In this document: positions 1 to 8,631 of the stretch, piece by piece
Position numbering within the stretch: the first letter of the stretch is position 1
Layout of the letters: each line of letters starts with the position of its first letter
Origin: a virus
Lineage: Duplodnaviria > Caudoviricetes
IMG/VR virus record: IMGVR_UViG_3300028398_000011
Coordinates: 1-38,712 of that record
DNA length: 38,712 bases
Direction: 5' to 3' (one strand)
Notes under the pieces: model-generated
Databases searched by the model: none
Told to the model about the DNA's origin: nothing
The model's input: the letters and a program-made list of their open reading frames with translations, nothing else
Translations under genes and position numbers: made by a program

Positions 1-356
1 TCTACTCTATCATCGCCTGTTAATACTATAAATTTAGAAGCACCTTTAAAATCGTTTTCTTTAAAAGCTTCTGTATCTTTTAACTCTTTTAGTGTGTATC
101 TAGTTGATTTAACACTTAAACTAGCTATTCTATGTCTAGCCAATTCTTGTAATAAGGCTCTACTAATACCAGATATAAAAAAGCTATAGTTGAGGTGTTC
201 TAGTGTAGAAGCGTGTTTATACTTATTACCTACTCTATCAATTAGTGCTCTATCTTTTTCTCCACCATTATCACTTTTATCGAAGCTCTGCCAACAAGTT
301 CTGATTGCATAAGCACATACATCTAATGAGGTATTGAATAATAATTTTACTGTCAT
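1..356 (-). CDS. thyX: FAD-dependent thymidylate synthase ThyX (runs off the left window edge)
   Basis: Not in the ORF track. Manual translation from ATG at 356 gives MTVKLLFNTSLDVCAYAIRTCWQSFDKSDNGGEKDRALIDRVGNKYKHASTLEHLNYSFFISGISRALLQELARHRIASLSVKSTRYTLKEL..., containing the ThyX RHRx7SxRY signature. It strongly resembles Campylobacter ThyX as I recall it. Confidence 0.95.
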   Translation of the reverse strand, partial: MTVKLLFNTSLDVCAYAIRTCWQSFDKSDNGGEKDRALIDRVGNKYKHASTLEHLNYSFFISGISRALLQELARHRIASLSVKSTRYTLKELKDTEAFKENDFKGASKFIVLTGDDRV

Positions 357-370
357 AATTAAACCTTTAC

Positions 371-1180
371 TTATATTGGATACCAGTTAGATATCCTATC
401 CTTAGCTATTTCATAGTAATATTTATCTATTTCTATCCCTATGAAATTAGCACCTACATATTTACTTGCAACACCTGTAGTTCCTGAACCCATAAAAGGG
501 TCTAGGACTGTATCTCCTATACTAACTGAATTATCTAATAGATACCACATAAGATTTACTGGCTTCTCAGTTGGATGCACCTTATCCTTAACATTCTTTA
601 TACTTATTAAATTTACGCTCCCCATATTGTTAATATTCCTAGCTGGTCTCTTAGATAATAAAAGAATAAACTCAACACCTTGCATATAATACTTATTAGG
701 AGTGAAATTCCCCTTATCCCAACATAACAAGTTTTGAAAAACAAACCCTACTTTCTCTGCCTCTGTTTGTAACTCCTTTAGGTTTCTACCGTTAATCATA
801 AGATATGTGTGAGTTCCTTTTTTCATAACCCTATACAGCTCAGGTAGCCACTCACTAAACTCTATATCATTATGGTCGAACATTTTACCATCTTTAACAG
901 CACTAATAATATCCTTATCATTAGCTTTAACCCATTTGTTGCTACACTTTGTGCCATCAGAGATAATTCTTCTACCTCTACCTAATACACCTTTTGGATC
1001 AGTCTTAGAGTAATCCCTTTTATTTAATATTCCTCCACACTCATCATCCTCATAAACTACTCTTGTTCCACCTGCCATAATCCTATAGGGAACATCAGAT
1101 ACACAACAATCTATAGACTCATCTTCTAGTAAAGGGAATATATCCATACAATCAGAATTATATAATTTAGTGCTTAGCAT
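371..1180 (-). CDS. DNA N6-adenine/N4-cytosine methyltransferase (beta class)
   Basis: Motif IV variant SDVPY near the N-terminus, HPTEKP, and motif I LDPFMGSGTTG plus GIEID near the C-terminus. Confidence 0.92.
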   Translation of the reverse strand: MLSTKLYNSDCMDIFPLLEDESIDCCVSDVPYRIMAGGTRVVYEDDECGGILNKRDYSKTDPKGVLGRGRRIISDGTKCSNKWVKANDKDIISAVKDGKMFDHNDIEFSEWLPELYRVMKKGTHTYLMINGRNLKELQTEAEKVGFVFQNLLCWDKGNFTPNKYYMQGVEFILLLSKRPARNINNMGSVNLISIKNVKDKVHPTEKPVNLMWYLLDNSVSIGDTVLDPFMGSGTTGVASKYVGANFIGIEIDKYYYEIAKDRISNWYPI

Positions 1181-1403
1181 TTTTTACCTTGTTTATGTAA
1201 TGAATTAGATTTAATCTTATATGTGCAGGAGATATACTTTTTAAGTCTTCTAATGTTTTAAAACACTTAACAAGTTTAATTAACTCTTTGTCCTTATTGC
1301 ATTTACCATTGTTGCATACCCAGCTAATTGGTAAGGGCTGGGTCATAAATTTCTCATATCTATATTTATTACATATAATACAAGTGTGTCTTTTTTCTTT
1401 CAT
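1167..1403 (-). CDS. small putative zinc-finger protein (paralog of 8836-9051)
   Basis: HTCIIC...SWVC...C; GGAG RBS; overlaps neighbours as in an operon. Confidence 0.7.
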   Translation of the reverse strand: MKEKRHTCIICNKYRYEKFMTQPLPISWVCNNGKCNKDKELIKLVKCFKTLEDLKSISPAHIRLNLIHYINKVKNAKH

Positions 1404-1642
1404 AATACTCCTTTTCTCAATAAGTTGTCAAATTCTATTTCTGTTTGTATCTTATCAATCTCACTTTTAAGACTTGCTAAATCCTTATAGTATCCATTAT
1501 GTCTTTTACCAGTTACTGTATCTTTAAATTTATTATATTTAATCAAGTATCTAAGTCTTTTTCTATTGCTGTCTTTAATAACGGCATAGTAGCCGTGTTG
1601 GTTAAAACATAAGGATAACCCTTTATAATTACAGATTGTCAT
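1400..1642 (-). CDS. hypothetical protein
   Basis: Tightly coupled ORF in the minus-strand operon. Confidence 0.6.
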   Translation of the reverse strand: MTICNYKGLSLCFNQHGYYAVIKDSNRKRLRYLIKYNKFKDTVTGKRHNGYYKDLASLKSEIDKIQTEIEFDNLLRKGVL

Positions 1643-1961
1643 CTCTTAAAAAAGCCATATTTAACATTGGTATAAAACCAATAAGTAAGGTTTGCTTTAT
1701 ATCATCTATATCAGGCGACATTCTATAATATATAACATCTCCTAACATATTTAAAATGGCGTATATAAAGAATGTAGCTACACTTATTACATAAACAATA
1801 AACATACACATAATAATATTGTAAGTATCTGGTAATATACCCATCTTAACACCTAATGATGTTATTGATATAGCTAGTATATGTCCTACCAATATATTTC
1901 TACTGTTTATAAGAGTTACTCCTACCAATATAAATAAAACTATTGTAAATTTATCCATCAT
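1629..1961 (-). CDS. hypothetical membrane protein (3-4 TM)
   Basis: Long hydrophobic segments; abuts the upstream stop codon. Confidence 0.65.
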   Translation of the reverse strand: MMDKFTIVLFILVGVTLINSRNILVGHILAISITSLGVKMGILPDTYNIIMCMFIVYVISVATFFIYAILNMLGDVIYYRMSPDIDDIKQTLLIGFIPMLNMAFLRDDNL

Positions 1962-2432
1962 TTAATCCTTTAATTGATTAGCTACTAGTGTTGCATAACC
2001 TGCTATATCAGCCCAGCTATCTTTTTTATTAGGATTACCATTTACAATCCTACATATTTTGCCAAATATCATATCTAATGCTTCTTGTTGTGAGGCATTT
2101 AGCTTAGTTACTTGATTTTCTCTTTGAATACCTTTATATATTTGTGTTATATAGGCTTGTTTTGAGAAATCTCCATAATCTCTACCTCTATCCTCTAATA
2201 TGCTTTCAAGATCAATAGGCTTAGGGGAATCAGCAAGTCTAGGAGATACATCAGCCATATCTCTATCTCTATCTTTAATATAGGTATATACAGTTTCTGG
2301 ATTTACAACTTCAAACCTATTCATAATACCCTTGAAAATATCAACATAATCACTCTCTTTAACATTAGGATATCTATCTATCATTATTGCTTTAAAGTTC
2401 GCATATCTTTTATCTTCTACTAAATCATTCAT
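1962..2432 (-). CDS. DUF6378-like phage protein (putative nucleotide-hydrolase-related)
   Basis: C-terminal LEDRGRDYGDF...EALDMIFGKICRIVNGNPNKKDSWADIAGYATLV pattern typical of this phage family. Confidence 0.7.
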   Translation of the reverse strand: MNDLVEDKRYANFKAIMIDRYPNVKESDYVDIFKGIMNRFEVVNPETVYTYIKDRDRDMADVSPRLADSPKPIDLESILEDRGRDYGDFSKQAYITQIYKGIQRENQVTKLNASQQEALDMIFGKICRIVNGNPNKKDSWADIAGYATLVANQLKD

Positions 2433-2433
2433 T

Positions 2434-3270
2434 TTATTTATCCTCTCTTATGTATTTAAATACAGGGTGTATTGGAACATCTTTAATAATCTGCTCATAC
2501 CCAATCTCTATTGTTTTTCCTACCCAGTGCTTTTTCTTATTTTTCTCTCTTTGCTTATCGGTAAAACCTGTTCCCACATTAAATCTATTGCCTTTATATT
2601 CAAGAACTAATGCACCAAGCATACCTTTATACTTACCCTTGCCTTTTTCTACCTCTACACATATGCAATCTATAGTAGGCTTAGCTTTTATCTTAATAGC
2701 ATCATTAACTCTCTTACCCTCTAAATACATATGGTCTTTGTGTTTTATGTAAATGCCCTCATAGCCCTCATTGATAGTCTCTTCACTAACTTCAGTAGCT
2801 CTTTCCAGTGTATCCACATAATCGTGGAACACAAAAGTTACTTTTAGACCATCCCTTCCATATATTCTATCGGTTGATAAGTCTAATAGCCTATCTTTAA
2901 AAGGTCTATTGCTAACTATATCAAAGATTAAAACTCTACCTATTAGATCTACATCTCTAATTCCTTTTCTAAAATTAGCTATGTGAGTTCCAAGATTAGC
3001 TTTAACTCTATCTCCTAACTTGCCTTTACTATCCCCTATATACTCACAGTCAAGCTTAAATACTCCACCTAATTCATCCATAATCTTAGCTAAATTAGGA
3101 CAGTAAAACTCTTTAGTCCTTGTAAACATTCTACAGTTTCCATCTACATCTCTTTCAAGCCTAATAAAAGTGCCATCAAACTTAACCGACGCATACCAGC
3201 CCTCTTTTATTAACTTACTCTTAGGCACTTTATCCAAATCTTTACCTTTACATTGCTTTACTGTTGCCAT
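2434..3270 (-). CDS. ATP-dependent DNA ligase (minimal adenylation + OB domain)
   Basis: Motif I KFDG, III LDCE, IIIa FDI, IV EGIYIK, V KIK, OB fold VGTGF...HPVFKYIREDK. Confidence 0.93.
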   Translation of the reverse strand: MATVKQCKGKDLDKVPKSKLIKEGWYASVKFDGTFIRLERDVDGNCRMFTRTKEFYCPNLAKIMDELGGVFKLDCEYIGDSKGKLGDRVKANLGTHIANFRKGIRDVDLIGRVLIFDIVSNRPFKDRLLDLSTDRIYGRDGLKVTFVFHDYVDTLERATEVSEETINEGYEGIYIKHKDHMYLEGKRVNDAIKIKAKPTIDCICVEVEKGKGKYKGMLGALVLEYKGNRFNVGTGFTDKQREKNKKKHWVGKTIEIGYEQIIKDVPIHPVFKYIREDK

Positions 3271-3552
3271 TTACTCCTCCTCATCAAAATAAGGTAATTT
3301 CCTTTGATTTCCTGTATCTATAACGGTATCTATAAAGGCTTCTTCTATAAGACCTACTCTTATATCTTGCTCTGCTTGTGATTGATTAAGATATACACGG
3401 CAATTTCTATAGGTTAATGTCTCATAAGGAGATAAACCTAACTCTTTTTTAAATTTAACCATCTGATTAACATTTAGTATTATAGCATTAGGTATTAGTC
3501 CTCCGTGATTATCTTTAAACATCTCTATCCTACTATCTATTACATCAAACAT
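3271..3552 (-). CDS. hypothetical protein
   Basis: Coupled ORF with GAGG RBS. Confidence 0.65.
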   Translation of the reverse strand: MFDVIDSRIEMFKDNHGGLIPNAIILNVNQMVKFKKELGLSPYETLTYRNCRVYLNQSQAEQDIRVGLIEEAFIDTVIDTGNQRKLPYFDEEE

Positions 3553-3872
3553 TATTTCCTCTCCTTATATTTCTCAAACTCTATAGGGGCAAACTCCCCA
3601 ACTCTCTTTACTTCTAATAATTCATCAAGTAGATCTGGGTCTCTTATTACAAAAGCGACACCTCCAGCTTTTCTAATATCTTTAATCTTAGATATTTGAA
3701 CTCCACTAGCTCTCCCCTTTGACCCTTTTACCTCTAAGCCAAAGTATCTACCCTTATAACATACTATAAGGTCAGGTTCGCCATCTGTGGTAGCTACTAC
3801 AATCTTTATGTATTTAGCTCCCTTTTTTTTCAGTCTTTTTATTATTTCTGTTTGTATCTTCTTTTCGCTCAT
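3552..3872 (-). CDS. VRR-NUC domain nuclease (PD-(D/E)XK; putative Holliday junction resolvase)
   Basis: MSEKKIQ...GEPDLIVCYKGRYFGLEVK...Q...GG.AFVI; likely start is ATG 3872 rather than 3887. Confidence 0.88.
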   Translation of the reverse strand: MSEKKIQTEIIKRLKKKGAKYIKIVVATTDGEPDLIVCYKGRYFGLEVKGSKGRASGVQISKIKDIRKAGGVAFVIRDPDLLDELLEVKRVGEFAPIEFEKYKERK

Positions 3873-4104
3873 TCTCTTTACCTCCAACTGCTACTATATT
3901 ATAAGGGTGTATAACTGCACCATATATCTTGTATATAATCTTTGCTTTATCAAGAGATATGTTGTTCTCCCCTTTCAAATATTTTGATATCATAGGGTTA
4001 CTAACCCCTAATGTTTTTCTAAGTGCGTGTCGGTCTATGTTCTCTTTATACATAAACTCAGCTATGTTTTTATATACATTATAATCAGCATTTACTCTAT
4101 ACAT
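3814..4104 (-). CDS. XRE/Cro-like helix-turn-helix protein
   Basis: RHALRKTLGVSNPMISKYLKGENNISLDKA HTH pattern. Confidence 0.75.
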   Translation of the reverse strand: MYRVNADYNVYKNIAEFMYKENIDRHALRKTLGVSNPMISKYLKGENNISLDKAKIIYKIYGAVIHPYNIVAVGGKENERKEDTNRNNKKTEKKGS

Positions 4105-5513
4105 TTTTTCACCTTTACTGCATTACTCAAAGACTCTTTAGCAAACTTCCCATTTGAGCTAATTCTCCATAATCTTAAAACAAACTCTTCTTCTTTAGGA
4201 TAATACTTCAATACTGTCATATCTGTAAGATTATAGTTTAGACAAGCCTCTCTATATGCTTTATCTCTTTCTAAATCGTCAAGCTCTGCTTTCTTATCTC
4301 CAGTTTCTTTAATCTTCTGTTTTTGTGCTTGAGTCAAAAATATATTTACAAGAGCATCTTGATACTCTGCCTGTGTCTTACACTCAGCTAATGCTTTTTC
4401 AGCCCCTACTTTACCTACTCCACTACAACCTTTTATACCATCTGTAGAGTCGCCTAAGATTGCTTGGTAGTGTCTATTAAATAATACATCTGCTCCAGTC
4501 ATCTCCACCCATCTAGGGTCTCCATAATAATAATTTAAGTTTTTACCCCTTACTTGCCCTAATACATCTTTATCTACTGCAATAACTGTATATTTATTAG
4601 GTAAAGCCGTTTTAAGTGCGACTACTACTTCATCAGCTTCTAACTTATCGTAACTATGTGTAGGATAAATCTCCTTTATCTTCTCTTTTAATAACTCTAA
4701 TCCAGCTGGAGACACTGTCCTCTTAGTCTTATAATCAGGGAATATATCATATCTAAAGCATTTTCCCTCTGTAAGAGCTAACTCAACTCCTCCTAATGCT
4801 CCTGTTATGCTTCTAAGCTTCTCTATTTTTTCAGTCATATACTTAACTGCCTCATCTAATATTTTAGGGTCAAATGTATATATAAAATGTTTATTGGTAT
4901 CTTCATTACTTGTATCAACTGTTATTAGCTTATCCTTAAATTTCTTTAATGCCTTTTTAGGATTATCATAATACTTCTTAGGCACTGGAACTTTTTCTCC
5001 AAATGCTAAGGCAGTTATATAAACTAATGTATCAGCATCTATAAGTGCTACTCTGTTTTGACTTACTCTAGCCTTTTTAACCAGATCTAGTTTATCCTCA
5101 GGAATATTTACTGCTTCTGGTTCATCTTCATCTTCATCTTCATCTTCATCTTCATCTTCATCTTCATCTTCATCTTCATCTTCATCTGCATCCTCTAACT
5201 CGTCTGGCTTATTTTCTTTTGTGTCTCCCTCTGCCTCTTCTGCCTCTTCTGCCTCTTCTGCCTCTTCTGCCTCTTCTGCCTCTTCTGCCTCTTCTGCCTC
5301 TTTCAACATCTTTTTTATATCTTTTTTCTTTATATTAAAAAATTCAGCTATTTCCTTAATTTTTACACCTTTTTCTAGGAATAGTCTAACTTCTTTAATG
5401 TTAATACCTAGGTCTTGACTTATTGTATTAACACTCTTAGTAATAAGTTTCTTATCTATGCCTCTTTTCTTCATCTCTATAATGTTTGTTATAAGCTTCT
5501 CATCTAAGTTCAT
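4092..5513 (-). CDS. 5'-3' exonuclease/flap endonuclease (T7 gp6/T5 D15-like) with an N-terminal HTH-like extension and acidic linker; true start probably 5593 via a -1 frameshift
   Basis: LIDADTL, YKTKR, LEADE, VDKDV and ILGDSTDGIKGCSGVGKVGAEK (H3TH) motifs. Confidence 0.9.
   Translation of the reverse strand: MNLDEKLITNIIEMKKRGIDKKLITKSVNTISQDLGINIKEVRLFLEKGVKIKEIAEFFNIKKKDIKKMLKEAEEAEEAEEAEEAEEAEEAEEAEGDTKENKPDELEDADEDEDEDEDEDEDEDEDEDEDEPEAVNIPEDKLDLVKKARVSQNRVALIDADTLVYITALAFGEKVPVPKKYYDNPKKALKKFKDKLITVDTSNEDTNKHFIYTFDPKILDEAVKYMTEKIEKLRSITGALGGVELALTEGKCFRYDIFPDYKTKRTVSPAGLELLKEKIKEIYPTHSYDKLEADEVVVALKTALPNKYTVIAVDKDVLGQVRGKNLNYYYGDPRWVEMTGADVLFNRHYQAILGDSTDGIKGCSGVGKVGAEKALAECKTQAEYQDALVNIFLTQAQKQKIKETGDKKAELDDLERDKAYREACLNYNLTDMTVLKYYPKEEEFVLRLWRISSNGKFAKESLSNAVKVKKCIE
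5121..5186. repeat. (TTCATC)x11 in-frame microsatellite encoding (DE)11
   Basis: Read directly from the sequence. Confidence 0.95.
5231..5302. repeat. (CTGCCTCTT)x8 in-frame repeat encoding (EAE)8
   Basis: Read directly from the sequence. Confidence 0.95.
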
Positions 5514-5657
5514 AGTATCTGCTATATCTGGTATAGCTACGCCTTTTTTACCAGCTTTAGTATTTTTCCGATTGTATCTTTTGTTACTTTCATTTTTTAC
5601 CTCTCAATATATTGTTTGTTGTAATCATTAACTTAGCATATTCAAAGAATATACCAC

Positions 5658-7463
5658 CTAGAATAATTTTACTTTACCATTGAATTCAACTTCAACTGGC
5701 ATTGGAATACCCTTAATTTTAAACATCTTGTTCTCCTCTAACTTACTCCAGCCATATTTCATAACTTTGGCAACCCTCTTAGCCCATTTCTTTGCCTCAC
5801 TTTTAGGAACTCTAAGCTCTATTGCATCGTGAATAATATTAACTATGTAGTTAATGCTCTCAGGATATTTATCGACTAATCTAACAAGAGCTATCTTAGT
5901 TGCATCTCCTATAGAGCCTTGAACGGCAAAGTTAATTGCATCTGTTCCCATCTTTGGTTGTGATGGTAATCCAAGAGGTGTAAATATTATTTCTTTCCTA
6001 TTCACAGTATTCCACATATTATTATGATACTTCTTTAGTTCAGGATATACAGCAAAGTATTTATCTATCGCTTTTTGTGCTTCTTTTTTGGATAAACTAA
6101 CTCCATATCCTATAAAAGCATACTCCCTAAATGTATCTACTCCCATCCCGAATAGCAATCCAAAATTAAGGACTTTACCAAAACTTCTATCATCTTTAGT
6201 TACTTGGTCTATTGGGACACCTTTAACCTGTGAAGCTATGTAGTTATGTAAATCTACTCCCTCTCTAAGTAATTGAGCCATTTTAGGCACTTCCATAATA
6301 GACGCACCAGCTCTAAGCTCAGCTGTAGAATAGTCAGCGTGAACAACTGTAGTATCATTTCTATTAAAAGTGAATAGATATTGATACTTACGAGGTATCT
6401 GTTGGCAGTTAATACCATTCTCTAAATCTCCACCACTTGCCGACATTCTACCTGTATAAGCTCCCATAGGGTCAATAAAGCTAATGCACTCAGTAAAATC
6501 CTTATCTACAGGCTTAGTATTATAAGTCTCTAATGTTGTCTTAGCTTTAAGTAATCTCCTTTGGTCAAATACAGCCTTAGCTATTGGATTATCCATAGCA
6601 ATTAAATCTAATAATACAGGCTTATCAGACTTAATAAACTCATACTTTTTATATTTATAAATAAGGTATTCCTTATCTACCCACTGTTTAACCTTATCTA
6701 CTGTTGCTTGAACTCTAACAGTCTTATACCTACCTGTAGGTTTACCTAAGGCTTTTAATACTTGTTGCCAACTATTTGGATTGACTCCATTTAATATTTT
6801 TTTGTTATTCTCTATATCAGCTACTAAATTCTCTAGCTCTTTATTTACACTCTTTTTATGTGCGTATAGATAATTGTAAGGTATTTGAACATTAGTTTTT
6901 AATACCTTACAATTAAGCTTATATACAGGCTCTTTGTGGTAATCAGATAATTGTTTCCATATCTTATATGTATGGATACAGTCTAAGGCACCATAAGTTA
7001 GCTCTTCTACTGTGAGCTCTTGCCCTCTCTTAAACTTACTCCTTATAGTATTTTTATCAATACCATATTTTTTATATTCGTTTTTACCTATCAGTTTATC
7101 TGTTGCGTGTTCAAGACTATAAGGTTTAATCCCTCTAAGAGATAAATTATTCCACTGTGGATATGCAATCCTTACTAGAAATTTTGTATCGTGTGCAACC
7201 TTAGGCTTAAGTCTTAAAAAGGCATAATCAAAGATACCTCTATGAGCTATTAGCTCATAGTCATTCAACTTTTGGAATTGTTCTAATTGTTTATCATCCT
7301 CAATAATCATAATTTGAACTTTTTCACTATATTGAGGTTGATACATCTGAACAGTAACAACATTAACATATAATCCCTCACTCTCTAAATCTATTACAAC
7401 AGGATATTTCTTCTTAAACTTAGGAATTTTCTTTACTACTTCATACAATTTCTTAACCTCCAT
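5658..7463 (-). CDS. family A DNA polymerase with 3'-5' exonuclease domain
   Basis: ExoI DLESEG, ExoIII YGALD, TGRMS, NCQQIP, motif A DYSTAELR, motif B RSFGKVLNFGLLFG, motif C IHDA. Confidence 0.95.
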   Translation of the reverse strand: MEVKKLYEVVKKIPKFKKKYPVVIDLESEGLYVNVVTVQMYQPQYSEKVQIMIIEDDKQLEQFQKLNDYELIAHRGIFDYAFLRLKPKVAHDTKFLVRIAYPQWNNLSLRGIKPYSLEHATDKLIGKNEYKKYGIDKNTIRSKFKRGQELTVEELTYGALDCIHTYKIWKQLSDYHKEPVYKLNCKVLKTNVQIPYNYLYAHKKSVNKELENLVADIENNKKILNGVNPNSWQQVLKALGKPTGRYKTVRVQATVDKVKQWVDKEYLIYKYKKYEFIKSDKPVLLDLIAMDNPIAKAVFDQRRLLKAKTTLETYNTKPVDKDFTECISFIDPMGAYTGRMSASGGDLENGINCQQIPRKYQYLFTFNRNDTTVVHADYSTAELRAGASIMEVPKMAQLLREGVDLHNYIASQVKGVPIDQVTKDDRSFGKVLNFGLLFGMGVDTFREYAFIGYGVSLSKKEAQKAIDKYFAVYPELKKYHNNMWNTVNRKEIIFTPLGLPSQPKMGTDAINFAVQGSIGDATKIALVRLVDKYPESINYIVNIIHDAIELRVPKSEAKKWAKRVAKVMKYGWSKLEENKMFKIKGIPMPVEVEFNGKVKLF

Positions 7464-7470
7464 TTATTTA

Positions 7471-7824
7471 TTAACTCCATAACAACTCAGCTTTCCAGTC
7501 AAATTTAGCTAATTTTTTATTTAGTTTTTCTACCTCCTTATCGGTTAATAGTTCTAAATTACTATTTATAATTCTTCTTAGGTCTCCTAACTCTACAGGG
7601 AACTCAGCTATATGTTTTCTCTTTATCTTACCCTTTACTACATCTGAGTAGTATTTAGTTGAGCATACAGCATATATAATCCTGTAGCTATTTATCTTTT
7701 TAGGTTTAAAGTTTTTTATAATCTTCCTAATCTTCTTAGGCTTACACATATCCAGTTTATCTGCCATATCCTGTATGCTATCTGTAATTGTATAAGGTAA
7801 ACCTACATCTCCTAATATGTTCAT
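7471..7824 (-). CDS. hypothetical protein
   Basis: ORF with AAGGAG RBS in the replication operon. Confidence 0.65.
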   Translation of the reverse strand: MNILGDVGLPYTITDSIQDMADKLDMCKPKKIRKIIKNFKPKKINSYRIIYAVCSTKYYSDVVKGKIKRKHIAEFPVELGDLRRIINSNLELLTDKEVEKLNKKLAKFDWKAELLWS

Positions 7825-7860
7825 TAACTACTCCTTAACCATATAAGCAATAAAAAGGGA

Positions 7861-8502
7861 TTACTCCCCTTTCTTCTTTTTCTTCTTTTTCTTCTTTTTC
7901 TCTTCTTTTGGTAAATTGCTATTAAAATCTACATCTTCTGCTTCATCATCATCTACAGCTTCAACAGGCTCATCTCCACCCCATACAGGCTTAATAATTT
8001 GCACCTTGTCAAGATATGCAGTTAATCCCTCATTACCTTTTACCTCATAATGGTCAGCTGTGTAATAGACAATAACCCTAGAGCCCTTAGCAAGATACTT
8101 TTCACTCTCTTCATAATCTTGTGTAAGGTCTAATCCTTTTGCATCATACACTTTAACTTGCTTACGATTACCATTCGCATATTCAGTTCTTGTCTTAGCT
8201 ACAAACATCATATAATCCGTTTCTTTCCAGTCCTTAATCTTCTTAGCTGTGTTTCTCTTACTATCTGGATCAGGGATAACATACTCTTTATAGAAGAGGC
8301 TATCCATATCCTCTAAATCTATATCGAACTCTTTGGAGAGCCTTTTAAGCTCTTTTTGCATTTCCTTATCTTCTTTAGACCCTTTCTCAACAAGACAAGT
8401 TACTTTAAATTCTCTTCCCTCCCCGTCTTGCTTCTCTAAGCCCTCGCCTTTAATATTAGCGTAGTTTAATGTTAGCTTTGGTGTTTTCGTTTTTATACCC
8501 AT
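7861..8502 (-). CDS. single-stranded DNA-binding protein (T7 gp2.5/DUF2815-like)
   Basis: KVYDAKG...GS.V.V...GLTAYLDKVQII pattern, acidic tail, position next to PolA. Confidence 0.75.
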   Translation of the reverse strand: MGIKTKTPKLTLNYANIKGEGLEKQDGEGREFKVTCLVEKGSKEDKEMQKELKRLSKEFDIDLEDMDSLFYKEYVIPDPDSKRNTAKKIKDWKETDYMMFVAKTRTEYANGNRKQVKVYDAKGLDLTQDYEESEKYLAKGSRVIVYYTADHYEVKGNEGLTAYLDKVQIIKPVWGGDEPVEAVDDDEAEDVDFNSNLPKEEKKKKKKKKKKGE

Positions 8503-8534
8503 ATGTTACTCCTTTGTTAATTTTTGTTGGGTTG

Positions 8535-8577
8535 GGCTACCCAATTAAATATTAAAATAATACTTAATTAGATAGCC
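8535..8577 (-). other. 19-bp RNA stem-loop in the 5' leader of the SSB gene
   Basis: Minus strand GGCTATCTAATTAAGTATT-ATTTT-AATATTTAATTGGGTAGCC; all three DNA mismatches are G-U pairs on this strand. Confidence 0.75.
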
Positions 8578-8631
8578 TAGATTTTTTAACATTGATAAGT
8601 TAAATAACATAACAAATTGTTTGTTAGTTGA

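Noticed and set aside
880-1080. MTase insert as an intein or mobile intron
   Set aside because: Too short, with no C/S...HN splice-junction motifs; more likely a variable loop.
5221-5418. Poly-Ser/Ala ORF on the plus strand (likewise 13526-13819 on minus)
   Set aside because: Antisense shadows of Glu-rich repeats in real genes.
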